Shown here one piece after another: positions 8,986 to 16,601 of a stretch of 64,000 nt of DNA. The notes under the pieces are model-generated. The model did not search any database, was not told the DNA's origin, and saw only the letters and a list, made by a program, of their open reading frames with translations. Numbering within the stretch: position 1 is the first letter of the stretch; the number at the start of each line of letters is the position of its first letter. Source of the stretch: a plasmid; the sequence record NZ_CP064874.1. One strand, written 5' to 3'. The position numbers and the translations under genes were made by a program.

Positions 8986-9034
8986 AGTGAATGTGACATT
9001 CACTGATGGTACGCGGGCGACGTACCCTCGTCAA
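8986..9034 (-). promoter_or_regulatory. promoter/operator copy 2: TTGACG-N17-TACCAT plus palindromic operator
   Basis: Operator 8986-9004 immediately upstream of RBS/ATG 8960; -10 9006-9011; -35 9029-9034. Confidence 0.7.
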
Positions 9035-9044
9035 CCGCCGTGGA

Positions 9045-10448
9045 CTAGAGGAGTGCTGAGTCGACGCGGCAGCACTTCTGCTGCGCATAGGGGCGTTCAC
9101 TCAGCGGCATCCAACCCGGTTCCCTTCGCCGAATGAGCCGGGGATGCCCGGCTTCCCCCTCCGTGGTCATGTGGGGGCCGGCGTTGGTCCAGCAGTTCTG
9201 CGCGCGCGTCTCGCACCACAGCGCGAGCCGCGCTTCGCGGGGGAGGCAGGCACGATGTGTCCACCAGGCGCGCTTCTCGCCGTAGGGTCCGAACTGGTGG
9301 CCCTCGCTGTGCGCGATCGCGTCGTGGACGGCGCGGAAGACGTCGTTGGCGAGCATCGGCGCCCGCTCGCCCGTGGGCAGGGTGACCGTAACGCTGCGAG
9401 CCATCGGATGATCCGGCGGAAGGGCCCCCTCGCTGTGCTGCGAGACCTCGGTGCGGAAGTAGAACAGGTGCTTGTTCTCGCGGAGATCGGCCAGCATCGC
9501 GGCAGAGTCGGCGTAGGGTTGCTCGGTCTCGCCGTGCCAGGGCTCGAAGGTGTAGCCGGCTTCTGTGAGCATGTCCCACTGAGCGCCGATGTGCTGCCGC
9601 AGTGATCGGTAGGAGCGGGCGACCTGCGGGTGCGCGGGCTCGTGCGGTGCGGCCGCGTATGCCCTCGCTGCAGCGATGTCGTCGAGCTCGGTCAGTCGGG
9701 GGATCGGCGTGCGCTGTGGGAAACCGTGCGCATCGGCGTACCGCTCTCTGAGCGACTGGATCTCCTTGATCGGCTGGTGGTGACGGTAGCTGTCGTTGCC
9801 GGGCACGAAGGCAACGTGCGCTCGAGCGAAGGTGGGTTCTGTTCCGAGACGGGCGGCGATCGCGTTCACGGCGGATGCCGGCAGCGGATACTCGGCGGGT
9901 TCCGCGATCTCGAGCTTGCCGTCATAGAGCCTGCCTCCCGGTGCGCCGGCGGCGCGGAGAATGTCGAGGGTCTCCTGGACCTGCTGCTGCGAGCCGGTGC
10001 CGGCGGCGAAGCTGTAGACCCGGTCGGGGCCGTCAGCGTCGAAGTACCCGGCCATGATGCTGTCCTGCTCATACCGCCCCGCCAGCTCGCCGGCCCAGTC
10101 GGTGACCTGCTCGAAGCTGTCCGCGTGGACGATGTAGGCGCCTGCAGGCTCCGACGTGCCCTCCCAGAGCCCGTCCGCGTGCTGCAGCTCGGAGATCTCG
10201 ATCCCGTGACGTTCCGCGGCCGCGCGCAGGGTGTCTTCGTACTCGATCCACTCGTCGGTGTCCCAATAGCTGGGGCGCGAGCTCATCCGCATCAGCTCGC
10301 CCGAGACCGGCCGGAACGGGGTCGCGCCGATGAAGGCCTCAAGCTGCTTCTCGGCGTTCCGCTCGCGCTTCTCGGCGCGGCGACGCCGCTGCCCTTCGGC
10401 CGTCGACGACGGGCACCGCCGCCCTCCGTGGTCGATGTCGTCGCACAT
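9045..10448 (-). CDS. hypothetical protein (467 aa)
   Basis: ORF 9045..10580 trimmed to MCDDIDHGGRRC at 10448 (RBS GGGAGAGG); no recognisable domain. Confidence 0.5.
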   Translation of the reverse strand: MCDDIDHGGRRCPSSTAEGQRRRRAEKRERNAEKQLEAFIGATPFRPVSGELMRMSSRPSYWDTDEWIEYEDTLRAAAERHGIEISELQHADGLWEGTSEPAGAYIVHADSFEQVTDWAGELAGRYEQDSIMAGYFDADGPDRVYSFAAGTGSQQQVQETLDILRAAGAPGGRLYDGKLEIAEPAEYPLPASAVNAIAARLGTEPTFARAHVAFVPGNDSYRHHQPIKEIQSLRERYADAHGFPQRTPIPRLTELDDIAAARAYAAAPHEPAHPQVARSYRSLRQHIGAQWDMLTEAGYTFEPWHGETEQPYADSAAMLADLRENKHLFYFRTEVSQHSEGALPPDHPMARSVTVTLPTGERAPMLANDVFRAVHDAIAHSEGHQFGPYGEKRAWWTHRACLPREARLALWCETRAQNCWTNAGPHMTTEGEAGHPRLIRRREPGWMPLSERPYAQQKCCRVDSALL

Positions 10449-10469
10449 GGCCTCTCCCGTTCGTCTGCT

Positions 10470-10503
10470 GGGTATAGGCCGGGGTTGGGGGTGTTCGCGG
10501 ACA
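10470..10503 (-). promoter_or_regulatory. motif-2 copy b
   Basis: plus strand GGGTATAGGCCGGGGTTGGGGGTGTTCGCGGACA, preceded (in transcript sense) by hairpin 10510-10537. Confidence 0.55.
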
Positions 10504-10558
10504 GAAATCGGGGCCCCGCCGGTCGGCAGGGCCCCGATGAGGGCGGCATGGTCAAACG

Positions 10559-10687
10559 TCAGCCGTTGAGCTCCTCCCACACCTGGTAGGCGCGGTGAAA
10601 CTCCGGGCTGTCATCGTCGCCGTCACGCACGAGCTGGTCGAGGTACTCGTCGAGCTCAGCCTGGGAGAGCTGGCGGGGATCCTTCAT
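10559..10687 (-). CDS. small acidic hypothetical protein (42 aa)
   Basis: MKDPRQLSQAELDEYLDQLV... in-frame tail of ORF 10559..11065; 4-bp overlap with upstream gene end. Confidence 0.3.
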   Translation of the reverse strand: MKDPRQLSQAELDEYLDQLVRDGDDDSPEFHRAYQVWEELNG

Positions 10688-10962
10688 CCTTCGGCTCCCG
10701 CCTCGGCAGGCGGGCAACTGCACCGTGCACGCGGCCGCGAACCGTTCCAGTTCCCGACGTAGAACAGCGCGCACGGCCATTCGTGCTCGCCGCGGCGCCG
10801 CAGCCTGGGGACGGTCACCGTGAGCTCGCTGCCCAGGCTCAGCGCGTCCATGATGTCGTCCGCGATGTAGCCGGCCTCCTCGTCCGCCTCGTCCGTGTGC
10901 TGCTGGATCGTGCGCACGATCGTTGCGCGCACGTCCAGCGTGACGGTCGGCGATGCCTCGTT
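10684..10962 (-). CDS. hypothetical protein
   Basis: ORF 10684..11268 trimmed to MNEASPTVTL at 10962 (ATGA overlap with upstream membrane protein gene). Confidence 0.4.
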   Translation of the reverse strand, partial: NEASPTVTLDVRATIVRTIQQHTDEADEEAGYIADDIMDALSLGSELTVTVPRLRRRGEHEWPCALFYVGNWNGSRPRARCSCPPAEAGAEG

Positions 10963-11318
10963 CATCGGGTGTCCTCGTCGGGGTCCACACGCTGGATCGC
11001 CTCGTGCAGGCGGGCCAGTCGGTCCTCTCGCACGATGATGACGAAGACCACCGCAATGCCGGCAAGAGGCAGGAGCACGATCGGGGCGGGGACCACGATC
11101 ACCACGCCGACAGCGAGCAGCACGATCGGCAGGATCACCCTCAGCGTTGCGCGGCGGTGCTGACCGAGCTCGTTCCTGATGCGATCCTTGATGACCCCGT
11201 CCTGCTGTGCGAAGGCGGTGGCCGGGTCCGAGGAACGCAACATGCTCCGGATTGCGCGAGTTGTCCACTCGCTCAGCGTGCGCTGATGCCGATCCCTACT
11301 ACTCTCACGCCCGGTCAT
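10962..11318 (-). CDS. membrane protein, hypothetical
   Basis: 118 aa with two long hydrophobic helices (ILPIVLLAVGVVIVVPAPIVLLPLAGIAVVFVII). Confidence 0.5.
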   Translation of the reverse strand: MTGRESSRDRHQRTLSEWTTRAIRSMLRSSDPATAFAQQDGVIKDRIRNELGQHRRATLRVILPIVLLAVGVVIVVPAPIVLLPLAGIAVVFVIIVREDRLARLHEAIQRVDPDEDTR

Positions 11319-11806
11319 CGCGTGTACTCGCTCGGGGACGGGATCGGCAGGTCAGGATCGCGGATCTCGTACTGCCGGTCCTCCACGTAGGCCGCGTACT
11401 CGTCTGCGAAGTCGTATGCCTCGGCCTCGCTGTGCCCTTCCTGGCGCGCATGATCGAACGCGCTCCGCCACGGCTGACCGGTCGAATCGAGCGGCGGGTA
11501 CAGGCGGTCGATCAGCACCTGATTCGCAGCGTCGTCGATCCTTCCGCGAGCCTCGGCGTCGGCGATCGCTCTCGCAGTCGCATGTGTGCCGTCTCGCAGC
11601 CGCGACAGATCACTCGAAGAGGGCACCACCCGCGCATAGGTGCAGTCGTCCCACCGGCAGTAGGTGGTCGTCTCCTCTGGCGTGAGCGGGCGGGGAGTGA
11701 CGCTCACCAGCGCGGCGCCGCGTCCGCACACGGGGCATCGTCGAGCCTCCGCGCTGCGGACACCAACGCCGCGGCGATGGGCTGTGTTGTTCCGGCGCTC
11801 GGTCAT
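11315..11806 (-). CDS. hypothetical zinc-ribbon protein
   Basis: CPVCG ... C..DDC motif; 4-bp overlaps with flanking genes. Confidence 0.5.
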   Translation of the reverse strand: MTERRNNTAHRRGVGVRSAEARRCPVCGRGAALVSVTPRPLTPEETTTYCRWDDCTYARVVPSSSDLSRLRDGTHATARAIADAEARGRIDDAANQVLIDRLYPPLDSTGQPWRSAFDHARQEGHSEAEAYDFADEYAAYVEDRQYEIRDPDLPIPSPSEYTR

Positions 11807-12024
11807 CGCTCGCTCCCGCTCTCGTTGGGCGGGTTGGTGATGATGAACCCTGTGCCGGCGTCGGGCTGGTCCTGGCGCAGTCCGACGATCTCGGTGTCGG
11901 TCGCGTCGGTGTCGTTGAGGGTCTGAGCGAGCAGGTCGGCGTACTCGTCCGCGGTGAGTGCCTGGACCGCGGCGGCGTCGGTGACGTCGACGGGCTTGCC
12001 GTTGACGTGGAAGATGCGGGTCAT
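11803..12024 (-). CDS. hypothetical protein (73 aa)
   Basis: ORF 11803..12588 trimmed to MTRIFHVNGK with RBS GGAGAG. Confidence 0.4.
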   Translation of the reverse strand: MTRIFHVNGKPVDVTDAAAVQALTADEYADLLAQTLNDTDATDTEIVGLRQDQPDAGTGFIITNPPNESGSER

Positions 12025-12071
12025 GGGGTTCTCTCCTGCTGATGCGTCGTGGTGTCCATCCTCGTCGTGGG

Positions 12072-12371
12072 TCAGCGGAGGTCGAGCTCGACGCTGTCGG
12101 CCTCGAGGTCGGGGATGGTCTGGGCAGGGTGGCTGAACGTGACAGCCGGGCCGTGGACGATTACACGGTCGCCGCGGTGGGTCGTCAGCCGGAGCATCTC
12201 GGCGAGGATCCCGTTGGCGTGGACGTTGTATGAGCCGGCGTCGGTCTCGACGCGGAACCCTACGCGCGCCTGACGGTCGGTGAGTCGGCGGACGAGGGTG
12301 AGCGGTGTGCGGACGGTTCCTGCGATGGTGACCGCGGTGCCCGTGGGGGCTGCGGCCTGGGTGATGGTCAT
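12072..12371 (-). CDS. hypothetical protein, possibly OB-fold/SSB-like
   Basis: MTITQAAAPTGTAVTIAGTVRTPLTLVRRLTDRQARVGFRVETDAGSYNVHANGILAEMLRL loosely resembles actinobacterial SSB N-terminal OB fold; RBS AGGAGACAGG. Confidence 0.4.
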   Translation of the reverse strand: MTITQAAAPTGTAVTIAGTVRTPLTLVRRLTDRQARVGFRVETDAGSYNVHANGILAEMLRLTTHRGDRVIVHGPAVTFSHPAQTIPDLEADSVELDLR

Positions 12372-12392
12372 GGCCTGTCTCCTCAATCAAAT

Positions 12393-12445
12393 AGTGAATG
12401 TGACATTCACTGACTATACGCCTGCGAGTCTGGTAGGGGAACCCC
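12393..12445 (-). promoter_or_regulatory. promoter/operator copy 3: -10 TATAGT plus palindromic operator
   Basis: Operator 12393-12411 is 21 bp upstream of ATG 12371; -10 at 12413-12418. Confidence 0.65.
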
Positions 12446-12477
12446 CGTGCCTGACTGTGCCGCAGGCCCTTCTTGCT

Positions 12478-12511
12478 GGGTATAGGCCGGTCTTGGCGCT
12501 GTTCGCGGACA
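12478..12511 (-). promoter_or_regulatory. motif-2 copy c (here upstream of operator copy 3)
   Basis: plus strand GGGTATAGGCCGGTCTTGGCGCTGTTCGCGGACA. Confidence 0.5.
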
Positions 12512-12535
12512 CCCGAGTTGCGAAGATCGGTGAGG

Positions 12536-12778
12536 TTAGTCGTCGATGCTGCTGTCGGGTTCGTCACACGCGCCACTGTTGATGGCATCGACGCCGGCTT
12601 TCGTGAGCACCCAGCCGGGTTCGACCCATGAGTAGCGCTCGATCAGACCGCGCCTGCGGAGAGACTGGATGGTGCCACCGGGAATCCCCAGGCCTGTCGT
12701 ATCGAGGTAGCTGGCGCCACCGGAGGGGGACCGGCCATCGGCGATCATCCGCATGGTGACCCGCTGCGACCAGTTCAA
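12536..12778 (-). CDS. putative winged-helix DNA-binding protein
   Basis: GGTIQSLRRRGLIERYSWVEPGWVLTKAGVDAI resembles a recognition helix plus wing; candidate regulator. Confidence 0.35.
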   Translation of the reverse strand: MNWSQRVTMRMIADGRSPSGGASYLDTTGLGIPGGTIQSLRRRGLIERYSWVEPGWVLTKAGVDAINSGACDEPDSSIDD

Positions 12779-12814
12779 CGGCGGGGCCTTCTTGCGGCGG
12801 TTGAGCTGTCGATG

Positions 12815-14092
12815 TCAGGCGGAACGTGCGAGCTGCGCAGCGGAGGCGGTCGGCTGCAGCGCGAGGAGCCGCTGCGCCTTCGCTGCTTCGATCTCGCCCG
12901 GCAGCTCTCCCTTACGAGCGCCGGAGCGGCCGTAGAGAAGGACTTTCACGCCGGTCTTGGAGGCCTGCGCTCGGTCGGCGATCTCGAGGATGGTCATGCC
13001 GGAGGCCATCAGTTGTCGGACGTGCCGGCGAACGGGGTCAGCGGGCACGCGCGGGGCCTGCGGGGCGATGCCGGCTTCCCGCCGCCGGCGTCGCTCTTCG
13101 GTCAGCGATGCGTCGGCGCAGGAGATCTCGGCAGGGCATTGATCTCGGTCCTTGCAGCCGAGCTGGTAGCCGTAGGCGGTCCCGTGGTGTTCGGCCGGGA
13201 TGCTCTGTTCCTTCCGGTTTGCCATCCACTGCCGGTGATACTCGCGGCCCGCCTCGATGCACTCCGGTCGATCGCAGCCACGCGCCCGGCAGGCGTTGGT
13301 GCCGTGCGGCTGCAGCTGCCGCGGTCGGGAGACGCGAGGGGCCCGCGGGGTCTGCGGCCGCGGCATCCGCGGCCTGGCCGGCGGTGCCGGGCGATCATGC
13401 TTCGCGAGCTCGTCGACTGCTGCCTGATGCCTGGCGGTGGCGTCCTGCAGAGCACGCTCGATCACGCCGCCGACCGATAGGCCGCTTCCGGCGGCGATGG
13501 TGGCCGTCTTGAGCGTCTCGACCGCGGAACGCAGCTGGACGCGCAGATCCCGGTGGTCGCTGCGCCACTGTGCGAGCTCGTCGACGTGACGATCCAGCGC
13601 TGCTTCGTAGCCGTCGACCGTCTCCGCGAACGTGCTGGCACGCTCGACGGGGAGCGTCTCGGCCGCGAGGCGGGCCTTGTCGATCCACTGATAGCCAGGA
13701 TGCGTGCGCGTCCTCAGCAACGTCGGTCGCGGGGTCGCGATCCTCAGCGGCGCCGTCTTCGGCGGGCGGGCGGGCCGTGCTGTCGGTGTGCGCTTCGAGG
13801 CCTGCTTGGGTCGGCGGGGCTGCGTGGCTTCGGCCGCGGCCCGGCGCTCTTCTCGAGCGGCGATCTTGTCACGCTGCCGGGACTGGTCGCGTGCGGCTGC
13901 GTCGCGCTCGAGGATCTCCGCAAGGGGCGTGCCGGCGTCGATGAGCTTCGCGAAGGAGAAGTCGCCGGCATAGCGGGTGTGGATGGTGCGGCAGGGGATG
14001 AGCGCGGGGCACGCTGCAGTGCGGCATCCGCGGCGGTACCCGTCCGGGGTGCCGTGCGGGAAGCTGTCGTCGAGCAGGTCGAGGGTGGACAT
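12815..14092 (-). CDS. multi-motif protein: three copies of HGT-x2-GY-x2-GC-x5-C Cys/His motif plus C-terminal HTH
   Basis: ORF 12815..14293 trimmed to MSTLDLLDDSFPHGTPDGYRRGCRTAAC (start 14092); further copies HGTNACRARGCDRPEC and HGTAYGYQLGCKDRDQCPAE; C-terminal GMTILEIADRAQASKTGVKVLL HTH-like. Confidence 0.55.
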   Translation of the reverse strand: MSTLDLLDDSFPHGTPDGYRRGCRTAACPALIPCRTIHTRYAGDFSFAKLIDAGTPLAEILERDAAARDQSRQRDKIAAREERRAAAEATQPRRPKQASKRTPTARPARPPKTAPLRIATPRPTLLRTRTHPGYQWIDKARLAAETLPVERASTFAETVDGYEAALDRHVDELAQWRSDHRDLRVQLRSAVETLKTATIAAGSGLSVGGVIERALQDATARHQAAVDELAKHDRPAPPARPRMPRPQTPRAPRVSRPRQLQPHGTNACRARGCDRPECIEAGREYHRQWMANRKEQSIPAEHHGTAYGYQLGCKDRDQCPAEISCADASLTEERRRRREAGIAPQAPRVPADPVRRHVRQLMASGMTILEIADRAQASKTGVKVLLYGRSGARKGELPGEIEAAKAQRLLALQPTASAAQLARSA

Positions 14093-14103
14093 CACGTTCG
14101 GCC

Positions 14104-14565
14104 TCAGTAGCGCAGGAGCTTCGCGGTGACGAGCGACAACAGCGCCGCCCGTTGCGGAGAGTTGAGGCGGGAGAAGTGCGCGCCCAGGGTGTCCAGTGCT
14201 GCGGTGAACTCGGCAGGCAGCCCGTCGAGATCCCGCTTGACGCGCCGCTCGTTCGCGTCGCGCTGCGCCTCGGCCTGATCGGTCACACGCCACTCGTCGG
14301 TGGCCGCGCGGTCGGCATAGGCGCCCGTGATCCGTGGCGCATGCAGCCCGCGGGTGTAGAGCGAGTTCGGCTCGTCGATCGGGCGAGTGATCGTGATGAT
14401 CGCGCCGACCGGCGCCGACGTGTACGGCTTGTACGAGCCGAGCTCCTTGTCGGAGATCTCGCCGTCGACGAGCGTGCGGTACCAGTGCGCGAGCTTGCCA
14501 TTGCCCGCCTGCCTGCGCCCGACGTAGACGACATCCTCAGTGACGGTCTCTGCCGATTCGCTCAT
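14104..14565 (-). CDS. hypothetical protein
   Basis: ORF 14104..14580 trimmed to MSESAETV, RBS GAGGAG; operator copy 4 about 30 bp upstream. Confidence 0.5.
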   Translation of the reverse strand: MSESAETVTEDVVYVGRRQAGNGKLAHWYRTLVDGEISDKELGSYKPYTSAPVGAIITITRPIDEPNSLYTRGLHAPRITGAYADRAATDEWRVTDQAEAQRDANERRVKRDLDGLPAEFTAALDTLGAHFSRLNSPQRAALLSLVTAKLLRY

Positions 14566-14593
14566 GGGCGATCTCCTCAATCAATCAGAAAGT

Positions 14594-14642
14594 AGTGAAT
14601 GTGACATTCACTGATACTAGAGAGGTTGCAGCGTTCTCGCAA
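14594..14642 (-). promoter_or_regulatory. promoter/operator copy 4: TTGCGA-N16-TAGTAT plus palindromic operator
   Basis: Operator 14594-14612; -10 14615-14620; -35 14637-14642. Confidence 0.7.
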
Positions 14643-14826
14643 CCGTCGTCGTCGTCGTCGCCGAAAGTCGAGAGCGCTGCCTGTCGGCGGGCACGGTGCG
14701 CATGGGCTCATCACGAGGCGCTTCGATCTCGAAGCCGCACGCGCCGCAGCTGTGCAGTCCGACGCCATCGACGTCGTCGGATGGGATGTACATGGTGGTG
14801 GGCTCTTCGCACATCAGGCAGCGCAT
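14617..14826 (-). CDS. small zinc-ribbon protein (69 aa)
   Basis: MRCLMCEEPTTMYIP...HSCGACGFE; in-frame tail of ORF 14617..15129. Confidence 0.4.
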   Translation of the reverse strand: MRCLMCEEPTTMYIPSDDVDGVGLHSCGACGFEIEAPRDEPMRTVPADRQRSRLSATTTTTVARTLQPL

Positions 14827-14846
14827 GGTGATCTCCGATCGTGTGG

Positions 14847-15311
14847 TCAGGCGGTAGCCGCCGGGGTGATCTGCTCGACGGTGGCTGAGTAGCCGCGGTG
14901 GGAACCCCAGGCGGCGGCGATGCGGTCGGCGACGTCGCGGTCTTCGCCGAGGTAGGGGCGGTATCGCTTGCCTCGCGGGTCGGTGATGACGACCTGGACG
15001 ACGCCGGAGGGCTCGCGCACGGTGACTCGGGCAGCAGGGATTGGGTGGGCGTGGACGCGGCCGGCGATGATGAAGGTCGGGTACAGATCGCGTGCGAGCT
15101 CGGGGGAGCGGAACACGTCGTGGACCCATGCCGTGATGGCGATCGCGCCGGCAGGACTGAACCCGATGAGGCGGGCGGGGAGCTGCTCGAGCCCGGAGCG
15201 GACGAAGTAGTGCTCGTCGACGAGTATCGGCGCCGGCGGATGCAGAGACCGCTCGTCGTGGGCGGGGTAGATCGTCAGGCTGGTGCGGCTGTTCATGAGG
15301 CGCTCGTTCAT
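14847..15311 (-). CDS. hypothetical protein
   Basis: ORF 14847..15515 trimmed to MNERLMNSRTSL (ATGA overlap with upstream gene). Confidence 0.45.
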   Translation of the reverse strand: MNERLMNSRTSLTIYPAHDERSLHPPAPILVDEHYFVRSGLEQLPARLIGFSPAGAIAITAWVHDVFRSPELARDLYPTFIIAGRVHAHPIPAARVTVREPSGVVQVVITDPRGKRYRPYLGEDRDVADRIAAAWGSHRGYSATVEQITPAATA

Positions 15312-16078
15312 GCGGTGCGGCGGATGCCTACGGCGATGATGTGCGCCTTGGTGGGACGGGAGTAGAAGCCGAAGCTGTCGTCGTCGTCCGAGGCGGAGAC
15401 GGTTGCGGTGAATGCGACGACGTCGCCGCGCGTCGCGGAGGAGATCTCGGAGGGCTTGGTGCCCCACACGCGCCAGCCTTCGCCCTGGACGAGGATCTTG
15501 ACGGTGATGCCCCACTGGGTGTCGGTGGTCTTGGTTGCGAGGATCTCACCCTGGATGAGGGTGCGTCCCGTGGGGACGGGGCGGCGCGCTGCCAGCTCGC
15601 GCTCGAGCTGCTCGAGCAGCTCGTGGGCAGTGCGGACCTCATCGGCGTCGAGGGTGCCGGTGGAGTCCTCGAGCGAGTCGAGGAGGTAGCCGATCTTCTC
15701 GCGCAGCGGGTTGCCCTCCCGGATGCTCAGATGAGCTTCGGTGAGCTGGTCGCGCAGGCCGGGGTGCTCGGCCTCGAAGGCAGCGCGACGGGCGGTGATC
15801 GCGCGCGTCGTGTCGATGTGCTCGGCGTGCGCCTTCGCGTGGGCGCGGGCGGTGGCGCGAGCGCTGCTGACGAGCCGGCTGCGAGTGCCGGTGCCGTGGC
15901 AGTCGAAGCAGATCGGGCGACCGTGGCCATCGGTGAAGTGGGTGGGCCCGGTGTACAGGCCGGTGCCGATGCACTTGCCGCAGGTGTCGGTGATCCGCTC
16001 GGAGCCCTTGCGGCCGGGGAAGGGGTCGACGTAGAAGTCGTGCCAGTCTGCCGGTGCGGTGGTGTCGATGCTGTCCAT
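15308..16078 (-). CDS. hypothetical protein with N-terminal zinc finger (CGKC...CFDC)
   Basis: 256 aa, RBS GGAGGA; preceded by motif-2 copy d. Confidence 0.5.
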   Translation of the reverse strand: MDSIDTTAPADWHDFYVDPFPGRKGSERITDTCGKCIGTGLYTGPTHFTDGHGRPICFDCHGTGTRSRLVSSARATARAHAKAHAEHIDTTRAITARRAAFEAEHPGLRDQLTEAHLSIREGNPLREKIGYLLDSLEDSTGTLDADEVRTAHELLEQLERELAARRPVPTGRTLIQGEILATKTTDTQWGITVKILVQGEGWRVWGTKPSEISSATRGDVVAFTATVSASDDDDSFGFYSRPTKAHIIAVGIRRTA

Positions 16079-16098
16079 GGGATCCTCCGATGCGTCTG

Positions 16099-16133
16099 TG
16101 GGTATAGGCCGCGGATCGTTCTCTTCGCGGACA
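16099..16133 (-). promoter_or_regulatory. motif-2 copy d
   Basis: plus strand GGGTATAGGCCGCGGATCGTTCTCTTCGCGGACA; hairpin 16147-16179 just upstream in transcript sense. Confidence 0.55.
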
Positions 16134-16342
16134 TGAAGGGGAAGGTGCGGGGGCGGCTATGTCACGGAGCCGCCCCCGCGGCGGCGACCTGGTTGGGAGG
16201 ACGGCGGTCGCCGTGAGGGACGGAGCGAAGAGCGCGGCGAGCGCTCGTCAGGCTGCGGTGTGGCGCCTGTCCCTGGGAGGGGAACGGCGTTGCGCGGTTC
16301 CCCTGGCTGTGGGTCTGTGGGGTCTCCCTCTACTCAGTTAGT

Positions 16343-16389
16343 AGTGAATGTGACATTCACAGAGTAGGGGGTTTCTGCGTGCGGGTCAA
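16343..16389 (-). promoter_or_regulatory. promoter/operator copy 5: TTGACC-N17-TACTCT plus operator; no ORF for about 190 nt downstream
   Basis: Operator 16343-16361 (18/19 match), -10 16361-16366, -35 16384-16389; transcript would run through a structured leader to hairpin 16147-16179. Confidence 0.6.
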
Positions 16390-16417
16390 GCGTCGATCTT
16401 GTAGGGATCTTTCTGAA

Positions 16418-16469
16418 ATGTCCATTTCGCAGTTGAAATGTCCACGCGATGTCCATATGGACATTTCGG
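16418..16469. repeat. about 50-bp direct repeat copy 1 containing TGTCCA iterons and palindrome TGTCCATATGGACA
   Basis: ATGTCCATTTCGCAG...ATGTCCACGCGATGTCCATATGGACATTTCGG; second copy at 18093-18143 with 3 mismatches. Confidence 0.7.
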
Positions 16470-16601
16470 ACGCCGGCCGACCGTCGCGATCATGTGGGCG
16501 GCGGTTTCACAGCGCCTCAGCTTCTCTGCTGGATCGCGGCTAGCGCCCGGGTATTGTCGGCACGATGCCGTTGCCGCGTATCCGTTGTTGAAGGGGTGAG
16601 T

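Noticed and set aside
6618-16133. Motif 2 as the mycobacterial RecA-independent (PafBC) damage promoter tTGTCRgtg-N8-TAnnnT
   Set aside because: The TGTC start is shared, but the spacer is 16-19 nt rather than 8 and the downstream half does not match.
7600-16361. Possibility that the repeated 19-bp palindrome is a CRISPR array
   Set aside because: Copies are 1.4-3.4 kb apart, each in an intergenic promoter context, with no short regular spacers; it is an operator, not a CRISPR repeat.
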